Shown here piece by piece: positions 12,914 through 26,664 of a DNA stretch of 64,000 bases. Source of the stretch: Laetmonice hystrix (taxonomy: Eukaryota); NCBI GenBank assembly GCA_965235115.1, contig OZ249447.1, positions 9,114,001 through 9,178,000 on the forward strand, read 5' to 3'. Numbering within the stretch: position 1 is the stretch's first letter; each line of letters begins with the position of its first letter. The translations under genes were made by a program, and so were the position numbers. Under the pieces are notes generated by a model that saw nothing but the letters and a program-made list of their open reading frames with translations, made no database searches and was not told the DNA's origin.

Positions 12914-13765
12914 CACCAAAACCAGCATTTCACAGCTCATCAAGCTGTTTCCTATTTGCTCAGAATTTTCCATGTCCATGAGTCACGTGCAGCTGAGCAG
13001 GAAGAAAGGGGACACCTCGTGCCTGTTTCTCACTGGGCGACTAACAGACACATGGGATGTCAACTACATTATCACAAATGATCAGGTGTCACCTAACGCA
13101 CTTGCCAGAAAAATACCTCTTCAGGTCAGTAAGTACTGAACCTCAGGTTGAATAAGTTATGAATGCATAACTCAGTAATGTCAGGGCCATAATCTGGGAA
13201 TCTCAATCTATGTATGAGACTGCCCCGGAGGGAGAGGCTTGTCTCATTGCCAGTCTCAAAGTGAGTAAGGAAGACCCCTGCATTGACACATTTAGGTGGT
13301 AAGTAATTGCCAAGATTAGAGAATAAATGTTAGAATTGGAAGAGAACAGAATATATATAAGGTATCTGCGGAGGACCAGAAACTAATACATACTACTTGT
13401 CAGTATTTTGAGATAGATATCCCAAGTTCAGCCATATACACTTGATATCATCAAACAAGATTCGATCAAGGGGTAATATTAGGACTCATTTTATACGGTA
13501 ACACATTGTATATATAATGGAAGTAATTGACAACGCGAAAATACCAATTAGGTAATTTTATTTCAATCCTCGACGTGGTTGTTGCCCATGAGAGATTCCA
13601 TGCATCTGAGATGTATTAACATGAGTGTATAATAGTAGACTTGTTACTGCATACCGTCTTTTATAAATAAATGGCTTCTATCGAAGTTTTCTTTGGAAAA
13701 GAAAGTGATTCTCAAAGTCAACTTAGATAGTCGTAGAGTATATCAGAAAGGGTCAGCCTCAGACT

Positions 13766-13897
13766 GTCCAATGGCCCTGCGTAATTCACGAAAATGAGAT
13801 AGACCAATGGAAATTCCTTGGTTATGAAGGACTCTGTGACGTCAGGCTGATGTTGTCATGGTAACGGCTGGTTTTGTTTGCTGTGGTTACGGAAGTG
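13766..13897. promoter_or_regulatory. Orphan promoter-like cluster: CCAAT x2, CRE, RFX X-box, ETS
   Basis: CCAAT at about 13768 and 13804, TGACGTCA 13837-13844, GTTGTCATGGTAAC 13852-13865 and CGGAAGTG 13890-13897. Confidence 0.5.
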
Positions 13898-16800
13898 ATG
13901 GTTCTAGATCACGGATGTGATGGTTCTAGAGGTTCTAGATCAAGCATATCTCGAGGGGTGGGGTCTGTTTACGCTGGGTCGTTGACAGTGTAGTTGGGTC
14001 GAGTTCACGCTAGTGTTGTAGAGATTTGTAGTGTAATTACGCAAATAGTGCCTTCCTGCATGATTATTTTGTCTAACGTATGGGAAAATATTGTTTGTTT
14101 AGTTTACTTGGTTGAAAGATATTCAAACAAAGTTTAGTGTCGTGCTGTGGAATACAGTGGTCAGGAAACATCACACCTGTACAAGAATAAAACGCCAAAA
14201 TAGAGGCTTACATTACTACATCCAATGCAGAAATACGTTTGTTTAGTTTTGTGTATTGAAAAAAGAAATTGTCATGGTATAAGAAACCATTTACAATATT
14301 TATCCCCTTTTGTGTGGTCGTATGGGGGTATTTATTAGAAGTCAGTGCCGATCAAAGGGATTAGAATCTATTTTTAGAGATTGGAGCGTCTAATGCCCCC
14401 TTGCGGTTGCACATGGTATCAACTGATACAGCCGACCATAGACATCGAATCCCCTGCGTCAGTAGGCGACGATGCGGACGAGAGCTTCGATATCTATGCA
14501 GCCGACTGGCTGGGTTCCTGTTCAATCCACCAGGTGGTGTTCCGATGGAGCGACCAACCGAGACCAACCGAGACGACTTATAAGCTCCGCAGGCGTTTTT
14601 CTCGTACGCCAAGCAAAATTTTGATCTCTGTGAGATTTTAATTGGTTTGGCTGAAATGATCTAATTCACAAATTAGAAGAAGCTGCTTTATTCCCAACAG
14701 GAATATAGAGAATGCATACCTACTCCCCAGGACTGTACACGCCATATAGGCCGACTCAAGGCGGACAAAGTACTTTGAACTATAAAAGCTCTTATATTTT
14801 CTTCTTCGCGCCTTTCCACCTTAGTTATAAAAAGCATAATCCCCTTTCCATAGCATTCTGTAGTCTATAGATCGTCCTCGAGGCCTATATTCTATATTCT
14901 TTGAGAGATTAAAAGATAAGGTAGGCCTAGAGGACTAAATCTTGACAGGTGGTGGGCCAGGTGGTAAACCTAAATGTATAGTTGGAGGGAGCACTAAGAC
15001 GATTTTGCTCGCTCGTTTGTCTAGAAACCCTTGAGGTGGAGTGTGTACTAGGTAAGGCGTGCATCTTGGATGTAATCATATATGGCTCAGGCTAAGTTGT
15101 GTATAGGTCCATCTTGGACCAGGTGTTTAAGGGCAGTTAATACTTGTAGGCCTAGGGACCTGAAGAAATGATCGTGAACCTGTGTCGGTGAGCGAATGGA
15201 CACGGTGGTTGATGCGGCCGTTAGGGGTCGCCCCGGGCCGTCTAAGGTCGACCTCCGCAGCGTGTCACAGAGAGGGATCTACACGGCTGTCGACACGACC
15301 GCCCGACCCGCTGTACAAACGGCAGCGCGGCCGCCAAAGTCGAGTCCCATCGGGTCGCGGTGAGTTTCGCCCTGTAGACAATTAGTGGCTCTTACCTGGA
15401 CAATACCTGCGTTCACAGGTCGAGCTTTCGTTTTTGATTACAATCGGCCCGTGACAGGTGTGTGTAGTGGTGGTGTAGGCGGTGAGGGTGGGAGGTTCAC
15501 CCACCACGGCCCGCCTCGGGGCTTGCCGCGGACTCGCCGGACACAACCGGCTTAAAACGCTCGCGCGTCACAAAATGAGAGGTAACGGCCAGTGGCTAGA
15601 CAGTCTGTAATGCCCCTTTTAAGATTTTTTTTTAGATGTACGCCCCTAGCTTGAACCAGTTGATACTATCCCTAGAACTAGAGTCAAGAGGAATGCCTGA
15701 CATTCCTAATTATAAGTAGGCCTATAAAATAGACTGCCACGGTATACATCGCCCGTGATAACTTAACCCACGAAATTTGGTCGAAAGTAAATTCCTAGCA
15801 CTGACCTTACCCCTAACCCCGGTCCCTACACCTTCCAAAAACATATCCCTATCTTTATCCCTAACCTTAACCCGATCCCCTGCCCAAATATGTAGTGGGG
15901 AAGTTATCACGGGGGAATAACCACTGCCACCCGGGGTTGGGAAAAACGAGGCCTATCCGTACATGCATGGACCTACAGAACGTTTCTCCTCTTTATTTCC
16001 CACAGTGTATTCCTCTACATCTATTCCATCTATATGGGCCTAATGGGCAGAGGCTTAGAGAATTCGTCTAATTTTAAAACTCACCATGCTGCTTCGTTGA
16101 AATTATGACTATTGAAAGTTAAAAAGCGTACGTATAGGCTAGCTCTTAATAAACCCGCAAGCCTAAGTAGCTTTTACTCTACATGGAGGCCTGCCCGTGG
16201 CTGCGTAGCTCATGTAGACCTTTGTAGAAACTTTAGAGTATTTCTAAAGATAATCTGTTTTGACTTTGTCGCTTCTAATTATAAGGTTACCATTATAACA
16301 GTTCAGATGAAGGTAGATTACCAAACGGTGCATAATGTTGTTCCCCACGCTTTGCCCCCCCCCCCCCCCTCCACATTTACTTCAGAACGACAGGATGGGC
16401 CACTACTACAAACATGTGACTATATATTATGCCTAATATGCAAATTATATCCTTTTCGTCTTCATCCAAACTATATAGGCCGCGATGGGGTCTAGGCCTA
16501 TCTTCCCATGCCACAATTAATGTATTGCTTGCCCCAGGCCAATATTCAATCTTTATGCCCATATACAGACTCTGACTCTTTATTATTCAGGGCCTAATGA
16601 TCGAATTACCTCATAATTAGATCTATTATATACATGTGATAATAATTTCGATTAACAGTGTATGGTATCGTCATGTTGTATAGAAAGTCAGCTAATATTA
16701 ACAGGTGACCGACCCTCGCGTTTTGTCACAATACATGTAATCTCAGCATATACAAATAGGCTATAGACCCTATTATGACAGGAGGGTCTACACATATTTG

Positions 16801-17607
16801 TCCTGGTTCTACATGCATGATTTTGGAAGTAGCTAACATGGTATTGAGGTATAGCTTGAATTGGTATTTGTTAGTACACGGCCATTACACCGAGTTGGGG
16901 GAGGCGGCCCCGTTATGTATAGACAGCCAGTCTGCGGCTTGGTGTTCACCACCGCTGCGGCCGGGCTGGTCCTAGTTGACGGTTTGGGGCGGGTGTATGG
17001 CGCGACCGGCCTCAGTGGCGGCCCCGGTACGGCGGTATTGTGACTCTAAATGGCCTCCATTGAGCCCATGTCGAGATCTAATTTCCATTAAAATGACTCC
17101 TCTCAACCCCCCTTCCACTCAACCCCCTACAACCCCCACCCGCTCCGCGCCCCCAATCCACTGGCTGTAAGCACATGGACCGCTATACGTTTCCGAGCAC
17201 AAATGTTACACACTCGAGCAAGATCTGGGTGGCAGTTTATCGGGGTAGGCCCTACAGCTTTGAGTGATTTCAAGGATCTATACTCATAATGAATAAATAC
17301 TATATGAGACCGCCGGGTGGGAATATATTTGTGATAGTAATTTGGCCCGTTGATCTGATTGCCAGGGTTGCTGTGGTTTTGTATTAGACTGGGGGCGGGG
17401 GGTTGGAGGGGGCGCTCATTACGAGAAGGTGGGGGCCACAGTAGCGGCCAAGCTCACCCCCCTCTGGGAGACGCGCGAAAATAACCGGGCCCTACATTGT
17501 AACGGCCGAGCCACTGACGGCCTCCCATAGAACTCGACACCCCTCAAGTCCGATTTTTCTATCCCACTGATTTCTTTCATAATATTTCTATTAATGGCCT
17601 AAGTCCG

Positions 17608-18014
17608 TATAAAAAGCGTCAGGGCGAAAGGGCGGCCATTCAGTATGTGATAAGCGGTCGGTTGGGGCGGACAGGGCCGCGGGGGCAGTCTGAGAGGTCG
17701 CCCGCCTGCCGTGCCCGCCGTGCCGTCTGCGGTGCCACCCGGGCCCGGTATAGACGAGGACTCCAGTCCGTGCCCCGCACGTCGTCACACCACACTGTGG
17801 CACAAAGCTCTCCACAACACACCACGCACCTCGATGTCATCAACCCACAGAGAGGATACCGGCGACAGAACATGTACCGCCATGTTCCTGACTAGGATCG
17901 CGTGAGAACATGACTGTTTGGTACAGAGGTAATCGTCACCATCATCATCATCGTCATCATCCCACATCATCATCAACAGCAAGGTGTGGTTAAATTGTCG
18001 GCCTACAGGTGAGT
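17608..18014 (+). promoter_or_regulatory. TATA box, initiator and candidate first exon ending in a consensus donor
   Basis: TATAAAAAG 17608-17616, TCAGT 17640-17644, GC-rich leader, CAG|GTGAGT with GT at 18009-18010. No downstream CDS was recognised. Confidence 0.4.
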
Positions 18015-19251
18015 AAACGGAATGACGCAGGACCTCGGAACTAATTGTGAAACGGCTGACCGGCGTCGCTATTACCACATAGCGGGATAACTGACCCATG
18101 TTCCAAAGTGATTACGTAATATACGACGATAACAGTCTCTTCCTCCCACCCTTCCCCTAATATACCTCACTGCACGTTCATTCTAGTGTAAAATTATTGC
18201 AGTTATTTTGGTAAGTCGTACGTAATTCGTTTGAATTCTCCGGCGCGATTATATCGCGCCAGTTATCGGCAAGCGTATAAAGCCAAATTCCCGTTATATG
18301 GCGAGGGCTGATGACCCATGGTCCGTCAGACCGTAAGCCTAACTCATATTTGTATCATTTATCACTCATTATTATATCGTTTATCAAGCTAGGTTATGTT
18401 ATCGTGGTCGTATTGTTTATTGGTGATCATCAAATATCACATGTAGTGATTGTAAAAGTTATCATTATTGAAGGTCCAATAAAGGTGCATCGAAATGCGG
18501 GGTAATACCAATTTCTGAACCGAATATGCCGAGGTCTAGGCCAACTTTCCACCTTTAGAACATCTCGTAGAAAGTTTAAAGTTTCTGACATCATGGATCA
18601 CAGATGAGATACGTTAATGATTAAACGATTTTGCATTCAAGGATGTTAAATGTGCCTGGTCCATGCACGCACTCAGACGTGTCGGTCTCCACCCTCGGCC
18701 GTACATATTGAACGACCCGTATACCCCCCGGGGCGATTTGAATGGTTTAGCGTGGCTCGCGGACGGTAGTGTGCCATGATAAACCCGAGAGGCTGTGGGC
18801 GGATTCAATCACCCCACTAAACTATATCAGTCGCTATCGATCAGGGGCAATTCACAGTCAGGATCTCCACAAACTAACCATTACAAACTATGTGCGGAGA
18901 ATAGTTTAATATGTAGGCCTATAACAGGGGCGGACCCAGAGCTGTTTCTTGACTGATTTCCAATATAAGCGTGCTAGGGGTTCGGGTCGAGGCATGTTCC
19001 CCCAGAAAATACAATGTAAAATGAAAATTTGGAGTGCTTTGCGGTTTTAAGCAAGAGAATTCGACCTACCGAAAATCAGACTGAAAATAAAACCTGGAAA
19101 ATGCACATTTTATTAAATAATTGTATAGAGACAATTGTTTCCGCAAAACGGTCGCCCCCCCCCCCCCCCATCCGCCCCTGTACAGTGCGAATTCTGTTAT
19201 GACCATTGCGACCTCACGCCTGAAGAGGCTACCAAGGCTGAAGGACATATA

Positions 19252-19449
19252 GGTTCCTAAAATCTTAAGATCTTACTTAAGTTCAGGCCTAACCCTTCTG
19301 AATAGCTGGCCTGCACCAGCCAATCAGAATAGCGTTAAGCCTAAAGTATAAGATCTTAAGATTTTAGGAACCGGGCCCTGGTCTTAGAAGACCAGACAAT
19401 CAGAAGCGTTAAGCCTAAACTTAAGTAAGATCTTAAGATTTTAGGAACC
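19252..19449. mobile_element. MITE-like inverted repeat with a duplicated right arm
   Basis: GGTTCCTAAAATCTTAAGATCTTACTTAAGTT (19252-19283) has its reverse complement at 19418-19449 and a partial second right arm at 19349-19372. A weakly related sequence lies at about 32530-32650. Confidence 0.75.
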
Positions 19450-22400
19450 GGACCCTGACGTCGACACCTCTATTAAATAATGAGATGGTACGACTGGGAT
19501 AAGTGCCATCTGTTCTAATGAATGTGCATAATCAATACGTACCTCTCGATCTGGAAGTACTAATCACGAAACACACAATACATTGCTTGCCGAACTTTGC
19601 GTTGGTGGAAGTTTAAGGGGGAGTTGGGTGCACTGAATCTATTCCATTGTGGAGTGATTATTTATTAAGTTTATTTGGAGAGTTATCGGTTTTGCGCGAT
19701 AATAGGAGTATAAGAAGGAACATGAATGGGTACATTGTGATAATTATACCTCTCAGGGCATGTGCTATGAGATCCTTGTATACTTTTCGCCGTAGTTAGC
19801 TGACCTTAAGGGGCGAGGTGACATTGTTGAATCAGACCGTAAAGGACAAGTTGCTCAAGTGTACAGTCAGTGAACTGAGGTCACCTCCTGGATCCAGGGA
19901 TCCATGCAGGTACTGTGGCCCCAACACCTCCTCTCTCCTCCCTAACCGTAGAAAGACCACGCTCCTTGGTGGATTATGTTCCCTTTTTGATGCATACAGT
20001 GGGACACAAGGAATGAACTAATTCAAAGACATTGCATAATCTTTTTGTAATGTAGTTTCAATTGGAACCTCATCAAATTATTTCTTTAATGATATGAATA
20101 GGCTACTTTATTACCATGCTTCAAATGTAAGATTATGTCACGTATTCCCGAAAGGATACCCCATTTCTTTTCGGTTTTTGTTTGTTTGTTTTGTTAGCTG
20201 AACCGGAAAAGGTACCTCGGTCTTGACGTCACAACAGCGGTTGGTTTCCTCGAAATATCGTCTTTTTTCGTCTGCTCATCTTTTTGTCGTCTGCTCATCT
20301 TTTGATTGTTGCTCAGAAAGTCGTTCACTTTCAAAATCTGGCTATCGAGTATCAATCAAAACCTGACGCAGAGGGGCCACTCATCGACAAGTTCTGGAAA
20401 TACTCAGTCTACCTAAGGAAAAGTTCAAGGACAGCACATGCAGTTGTGCGGCTATATACATGTAATTGGCTTAGGCCTACTCATGCACGTGTGTGCAGGA
20501 GCTCAGTCTGCCAAGAGCATTGCTCAACGTTTTGCCGATGACAAATGAGTGTAGCCTTTATGTCAGAAGATGTTCAGGCCTCCAGTGAAATCAAGGTGAA
20601 ATGGAAATTACTCTTCAATCGTGGAAGAGAGGGGCTTAATATGGGCCTATAGGCCAAGAAGTAACAGCACCGGCGTTGGGCTCAAGGTTCCAATGGCCTA
20701 TAAGCAAGATGCTGAATTCTGTCAAATATATCGTTATGTTTCCCCTTTTTTCTCTATTTTCATGAGACCTAGTGAGGATTTTGCCTCATTGCATGCCATG
20801 GTCTATACATGCCACCATCGATGCGGTTTCAACCTAATCCTTCAAATAAGACCAAAAGTCGTCGTAGATGATCTGGCGCTAATCATGTAGGTCTACAGAT
20901 GTGAGCAGTGATAGATCTATTCATTGAAACATGGTGATATAGGAGAATGACTTATGTTTTCATTCTGAACTCGAGCCGACAAAGAAAAGGATGCCGAAGA
21001 CGGTAGCAACTAGGTACTATAGCAACACGAGTTTCTTGTCGCTGGGACATGACCTTCTCATCTAGAGCATATAAGTAGTGGGAGGTGACGGGACCCCAGA
21101 CCTCCGCCATGGCCGGACTCGAGGCGTCCCGAAGAGGTACTTGAATTGCCCCTCCATTCACTATCCGCCATGCTATTCATCATCCACCTGCCAACCTTTT
21201 GTTATATATAGCATCATAAAATTGAATTAATTTGTAAAACCACCTGTTGATATAAATGCACCGGTCGCACCTGCCGATGCCCCTGGGAAATTCTTGTCAG
21301 GTTGACGGGACAGAATGGGCAGGGGAGGGGGTACTTTCTTCTGAATCTCCTCTCTGGCTTGGTTCAGATTTCCTGCGCATTCAGCGCTGGGTAGCTACGA
21401 GGACCTTGAGGGTGGGGCGAGAGATTTTAGGTCGAACCAGTGTCAAATCGTCTTCAATTTTGTCGGATTTTCCGGGCGACAGAATTTGAAAGCCTGTGTC
21501 AGGCGAGGTCGTTTGCCTTTTGACACAAGCTCAATGTCCCGTCAATCGCGGCTCCTCCATACTTTTCACGCTCAGGTTACTTCGTATAGTCGCCACCATA
21601 CATTTGCATCCTGCTAGCGGAAGCACTGTATGCTCACTAGTGCCGGACGCAGCGCGACGTGACGTCATGTAATGGCCCTCCATTGGGACGGGGTGTGCTA
21701 CCTGGGAGGTGACCTTCCAGCCAGTGTGACCCACAGGTGTTGAATGACCTAGTCGAATGACGTTTAGTGCGGTACTGAAAAGAGATTGACAAATGATTGG
21801 GGGTGGGACTGGCCTGGTATAGGTCATATATGTAAGGGTAGATTATAGCCTACCTCATATGTCACGTTCTGATTCGGGCTCAGTAAGTAAAGGCTATGGG
21901 ACAGATGGGCCTTATAGTTTAACTTCAAGCAGACATCGTAATGTTCTCCCAATGATTCGACTCTGCCAGATTACTATTTGAATTCAACACCTTCCTCATT
22001 TATCGATTTATCCATAAATGATTGCCTCGTTAGCATATCCTCATGGCATATTCCTTACAAATGAGAAAAGAATCAATATTGATCGGACTAATTGGCCTAC
22101 GTCATTTTCAGGCAAGTTGAGACATGACGGTTTAGCCATAAAGACCGGGCCCCTTCTATGGAGATAGTCTATACGAAAATAGAACCCTATATGATTCCTT
22201 ACCAAAACAAGATTTTCCTCCGTCATAACCATGTGTGAAATCTATGCAAGGCCATTTTCATCAGCATTTTAACAGTCTGCAGGTTCTATACCACAATCAC
22301 TCAAGGTGCAAGAACAAATTCTCTACGACAACTTTCAGTTCCCTTAAACTAGATAGAAAAAATAAAGCCATGCAATGTTGTCGCGGATAGGCTAGGGCAA

Positions 22401-24008
22401 GGCTTTTATAACGATATAGGCCTACATGCACACTGTTGTTATTCGTGCAGATTTCGGTTGAAACTCTATATGCCTAACAACCACCGTTGTTTGTTTGAAT
22501 TTCTTTCCATGCCTGAAGAGCTTTATTCTCAGATATTCGTGCAACACGTCCAAACTTGAGAGGGATAAAGGTTCTAATGCCCTGCATAAGTCAAACAGAA
22601 TGTAAGGTCCCCGTACGGCCCGTAAACAGAACAAAGGAGTCCTCCCGCTATAGGGGGCGGCATGTCTTCACACCATAATGTGCTTCAACCTCGTTTTGTG
22701 AACTCGACCACCAACAGCGCTTTCCACGCCCTTTTGTCTCCGAAACGGGTTATCCTGAGCCTGTCTTAATGACAACTAGCCATCTCTGTGCATGGACTCC
22801 TAACACTGCGCATTAGTCATACACTATGGAATAGAAGATAAGAAGATGCTTTTTTACTCTTTTGTCCCTCTGGTCCACCGTAGATATCTTATACACACAA
22901 TGACTTCTTTAGCCACACTGACAGTGTATGACGATTTTCGGAAAACTTCGTATTATACGTATACGGCCTTATTGTATTAATGTCCAGTATTATAATGCAA
23001 TTATAGGTGACCAAACTTACTGAGACTTTCACTCCTAAATGTTATTCAGGCGGCACAAATTACAAAATAAGTTTAATTACGCAACACTTAAATGTAAAAA
23101 TTCAAAGTGAGAACAAGGGCATTGGCTGTCCAGGGTGTTTATAGATATCTATATATGGCAAGCCGGCTTTACTTAAAAATTATCATAAGAAGCAATGAAG
23201 GCTATATGCTAACATCGAACATGAGCTATACATTGTCATATAGAAAGCCGGCATCTCTTTAACATGTTCAGGAATAGCAATTGTACAAAATTGTGTAGCA
23301 AGAAGCTCTGTAACCCGGTGCATCGAAAGAAACGTGTCATATTATGCATGCATCGTATATAAATGTATATACGTATATCTAATAATTATGAGAATATTTA
23401 TTTTAACCAGATCTCTTCATGCAATCCGACGTGTTGCTGTCCGGTTTTCCCTTCCAGTCGATGTACTAACTAGGACCGTCTCTAGATGGACAGCTGTTTC
23501 TCTGACTCATCCTCACACCATGCTCTGAGGTCACGATGTCATTCACACTCCTCCCCAGGTTTCCATGCACCTTTCAACACAGCTTCATCAGGACAGACTC
23601 CGCCGGGCCTTGTCGCCGTTTCTCTATAGCCTCCACGAACGTCTTGTAAAATTCAAAGGGGCCGTCAGATAAAAACATGAGGGGCGCACGTTTGAACCTG
23701 TCAGCGTCGGTGTCCCCACAGAGCCGTATAGAGAAGCAGAGTTCACGTTTCCTTAATCACTGTGTTACTAATTGTGTAGAGTTACTGTTAGTGGGGGCTC
23801 TCAACCGCACGTCTCGGCCAGTGGCCCCTGGTTCATTGTCCATACTCACAACCAGCCATCTAACGACCCATAGGCGCCCCTGTGGCCGCCCTGCCATCTG
23901 CGCATAGCTTGCCATACCTGGGCCAAATCTGGAGGACCTTGCTGCGATTACAAAAAAAGTGCTTATAGACCTTCTGTAACCAGGCAACGAACCATTTTAT
24001 CGTCCGCA

Positions 24009-24140
24009 TTGTGTTTCTTCTTCTTTTTTCTTCTTCCTTTTTTTCTTCTTCTTTATCATTTTCTTTATCTTTTTCTTCTTCTTCCTCCTCTCTTTCTTCT
24101 TATTCCCCCTTTCTTCTTTTTGTTGTTGGTTTTTGTTTGT
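24009..24140 (+). repeat. Degenerate TTC/TCT pyrimidine simple repeat
   Basis: Nearly pure C/T tract. It explains the Phe/Leu-rich ORF 24009-24191. Confidence 0.85.
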
Positions 24141-24537
24141 ATTGTGATGTTTTGCAAACACCCCTCATCCTGTCCCTATAAGTGTAACTAAAGTTAATCC
24201 CTGGCCTGCTGCGTGGTCTGAGACCCCTTATTGGCTTTATCAGTCATGCAGCCAGCACACTTCTGTCATTAAACAGTTTTCAGAGACTTTGGCTGAGAAG
24301 ACTGCTGTCATGGCAAAGCGATCGAAAATTTTCGCTGAGAAGACTGGGCCTACATGGAGCGACTGTTGTCATCGCAAAGCGAACGAAGATTTTCGTTGGA
24401 ATAACTGCTGCCAAACGAGCAGAGATTTTGTGAGGACTGTTGTGAAACGATCGAAAACTTTCCGAAATTGGGGAGAGGACAGTTAAATTGGGCAGTTCAA
24501 ACACCATTAGAAAAAGAAGACATCCCCCATCCACATA

Positions 24538-24736
24538 CCTTAATCCTCCACTTACCTGCCCTATTCCCTAGCGCATAAAATTTCAAATTTCAAACAGCTC
24601 AGCATGTCCTATTCAAAATTTGACATACATGACCTGGTTTTAATAGGGCTGTTACCCACGACCAATGGAGTACCTTTTCGCACTTAGACAATTTTCGGCC
24701 ACTTCGGGAATAGGCCATGTAAGTGGGGGATTAAGG
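24538..24736. mobile_element. 199-bp MITE with TA target-site duplication (Tc1/mariner-type)
   Basis: Imperfect TIRs of about 30 bp, CCTTAATCCTCCACTTACCTGCCCTATTCCC and GGGAATAGGCCATGTAAGTGGGGGATTAAGG, flanked by TA at 24536-24537 and 24737-24738. Confidence 0.8.
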
Positions 24737-25203
24737 TATAGGCCTAGGTCTATGCATTAGGCCTATATTATAGGCCGATGTCCGCTGGCAAGATCCTGTA
24801 ACTCCCTCAGTTGCTTAGGTTGCTTAGGTCCGCAGCGGTCAAAATAGCACAGCACATTACTGACCGCAGGGCCATAGCTCCTCTCTTTTCTTGCTCCGAT
24901 TTAGAAAATTAATGAATCAAGTCATGATGTTTATTGTTGTTTATTTGCAATCGTGTATAATGTATCAATCCATTCCTACACCGAAAAGTGTCGTGGCGTC
25001 AGGTCCTAGTCGGCCTAAAAGAGAAAAGAAATTACGTAAAACGCCATTTCTAGATTATTTTTTCACGAAAAATATGGGAAATATGCTAAGCATATTGAAA
25101 AATATAGTCTCTGCATTGCAGTGGCAGGCCTACAGGCATATGGTAGGCCTATTTATAGGCTATGCGAAAGCCATTCAGGGGTACGTTTCATAACCATCAT
25201 TAT

Positions 25204-25234
25204 CCTGTCGTGCGTTAAAATCCCCATTGAAAAT
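25204..25234 (+). repeat. Dispersed repeat core shared with 44757-44787
   Basis: Identical 31-mer CCTGTCGTGCGTTAAAATCCCCATTGAAAAT at both sites, with weakly similar flanks. Confidence 0.75.
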
Positions 25235-25798
25235 TGGTGTTAACGAAAGGCCTACGAAAAGCTGACGCGGGTTGTGGAATGCACCACTCTGGGTCTTTAG
25301 GCCTAATGTTTCCCTTAAAACAGGACAGTTAACCTTTTGAAGAATAGCCCCTTTTAGGCCTGATCAATACCTCATGTTTATCTGTCCCGTTAAATTAAGT
25401 AAACAGTTTTGCTGAAAGAAGGCAGAGAACATAATATCTGCACGTTGAAATACCTGTACTCTATACCTATACTCTATATTCCTGTACCTGTATTACCTGT
25501 ACTCTACCTTTGAAACAGCTGAGGCGAATAAGGTGCCACCTCGCGATTCTGGCATTCCTGCAACGCACGCCAAATACAGCGCTACCTACCGAGAGAAGGT
25601 GGAACGAAAAACTTGAGCCTGTGAAGACTGGAAAATTGGTGCGATTTTTTCGAAAACGTAAAGTTACTTTTTAAACGTATAGCTCCGTTTGATAATTTAG
25701 GGACATCTTTTTTGCATTACATTCGGATTTCAAAGAAAATTAAACAAGTTAAAGAAGAAAGAAGAACAGGAAGAAGCAGCAGCAAAAGAAGTAGATTC

Positions 25799-25947
25799 NN
25801 NNNNNNNNNNNNNNNNNNNNNNNNNNNNNNNNNNNNNNNNNNNNNNNNNNNNNNNNNNNNNNNNNNNNNNNNNNNNNNNNNNNNNNNNNNNNNNNNNNNN
25901 NNNNNNNNNNNNNNNNNNNNNNNNNNNNNNNNNNNNNNNNNNNNNNN
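25799..25947. other. Assembly gap (149 N)
   Basis: Run of N. Confidence 1.
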
Positions 25948-26664
25948 GACTAGATCCGTTCATCCTACAGTTCGAAGATCTGGCGTCTGAGACAACTCGT
26001 GATAACCCAATGATAGCCGCCATACGCAACTATGCCACAGATCGACCCACTGACGGGGAACGGGTTGTATTGCTACATCCCTTTAGAAGAGTCGTGTCGC
26101 ACTTTTCTCAGCCTTGCACCCTCCCGGCTCCAAGTGGACACTTTGCGACTCATCATACTGTCAGTGTTTGAACCATCAGCACGTGTTGCCAGACTACGAC
26201 CGAACGTGGACCCATGCAAGCTCCTTCCGACCCATCAGCCAGTTCATGGGAGACAGACCCGAGTCTATCTAAGCGATACCTTCAGACGTGACCGTTCACT
26301 GTACATGTGATCAGTGGTTTCGTGGATTTATATAGTGGGGAGGTCAGGCAGGACCTCCAGAGTGGTGTCCAACACAACCACATTGTTTTAGTAAGATAAA
26401 AAACATTTTACAGGCGACAACCAAAGCCTTGGAGGTGTAGATCCCGTCTGGAGGAATACATATAGGGCGACCATCCATAGTTTCTTCCTGCAAGTCGATT
26501 TTATTACAAGATATCAATAAAAATGATAAAATCAGTGTAACATGGACAATGAGGCACGTGACACCGACGTTCTGCATACGACAGTTGTCACCCAGCGTCA
26601 CGATCCACATAATTGTAGTCAATTATATACAAATTAAGATTTCACCTCAAAAGCCAATTGCCTA

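Noticed and set aside
24009-26310. ORFs around the gap (Phe/Leu-rich, Glu/Lys-rich, 26032-26310)
   Set aside because: They are simple-sequence or gap-spanning translations with no recognisable domain or splice context.
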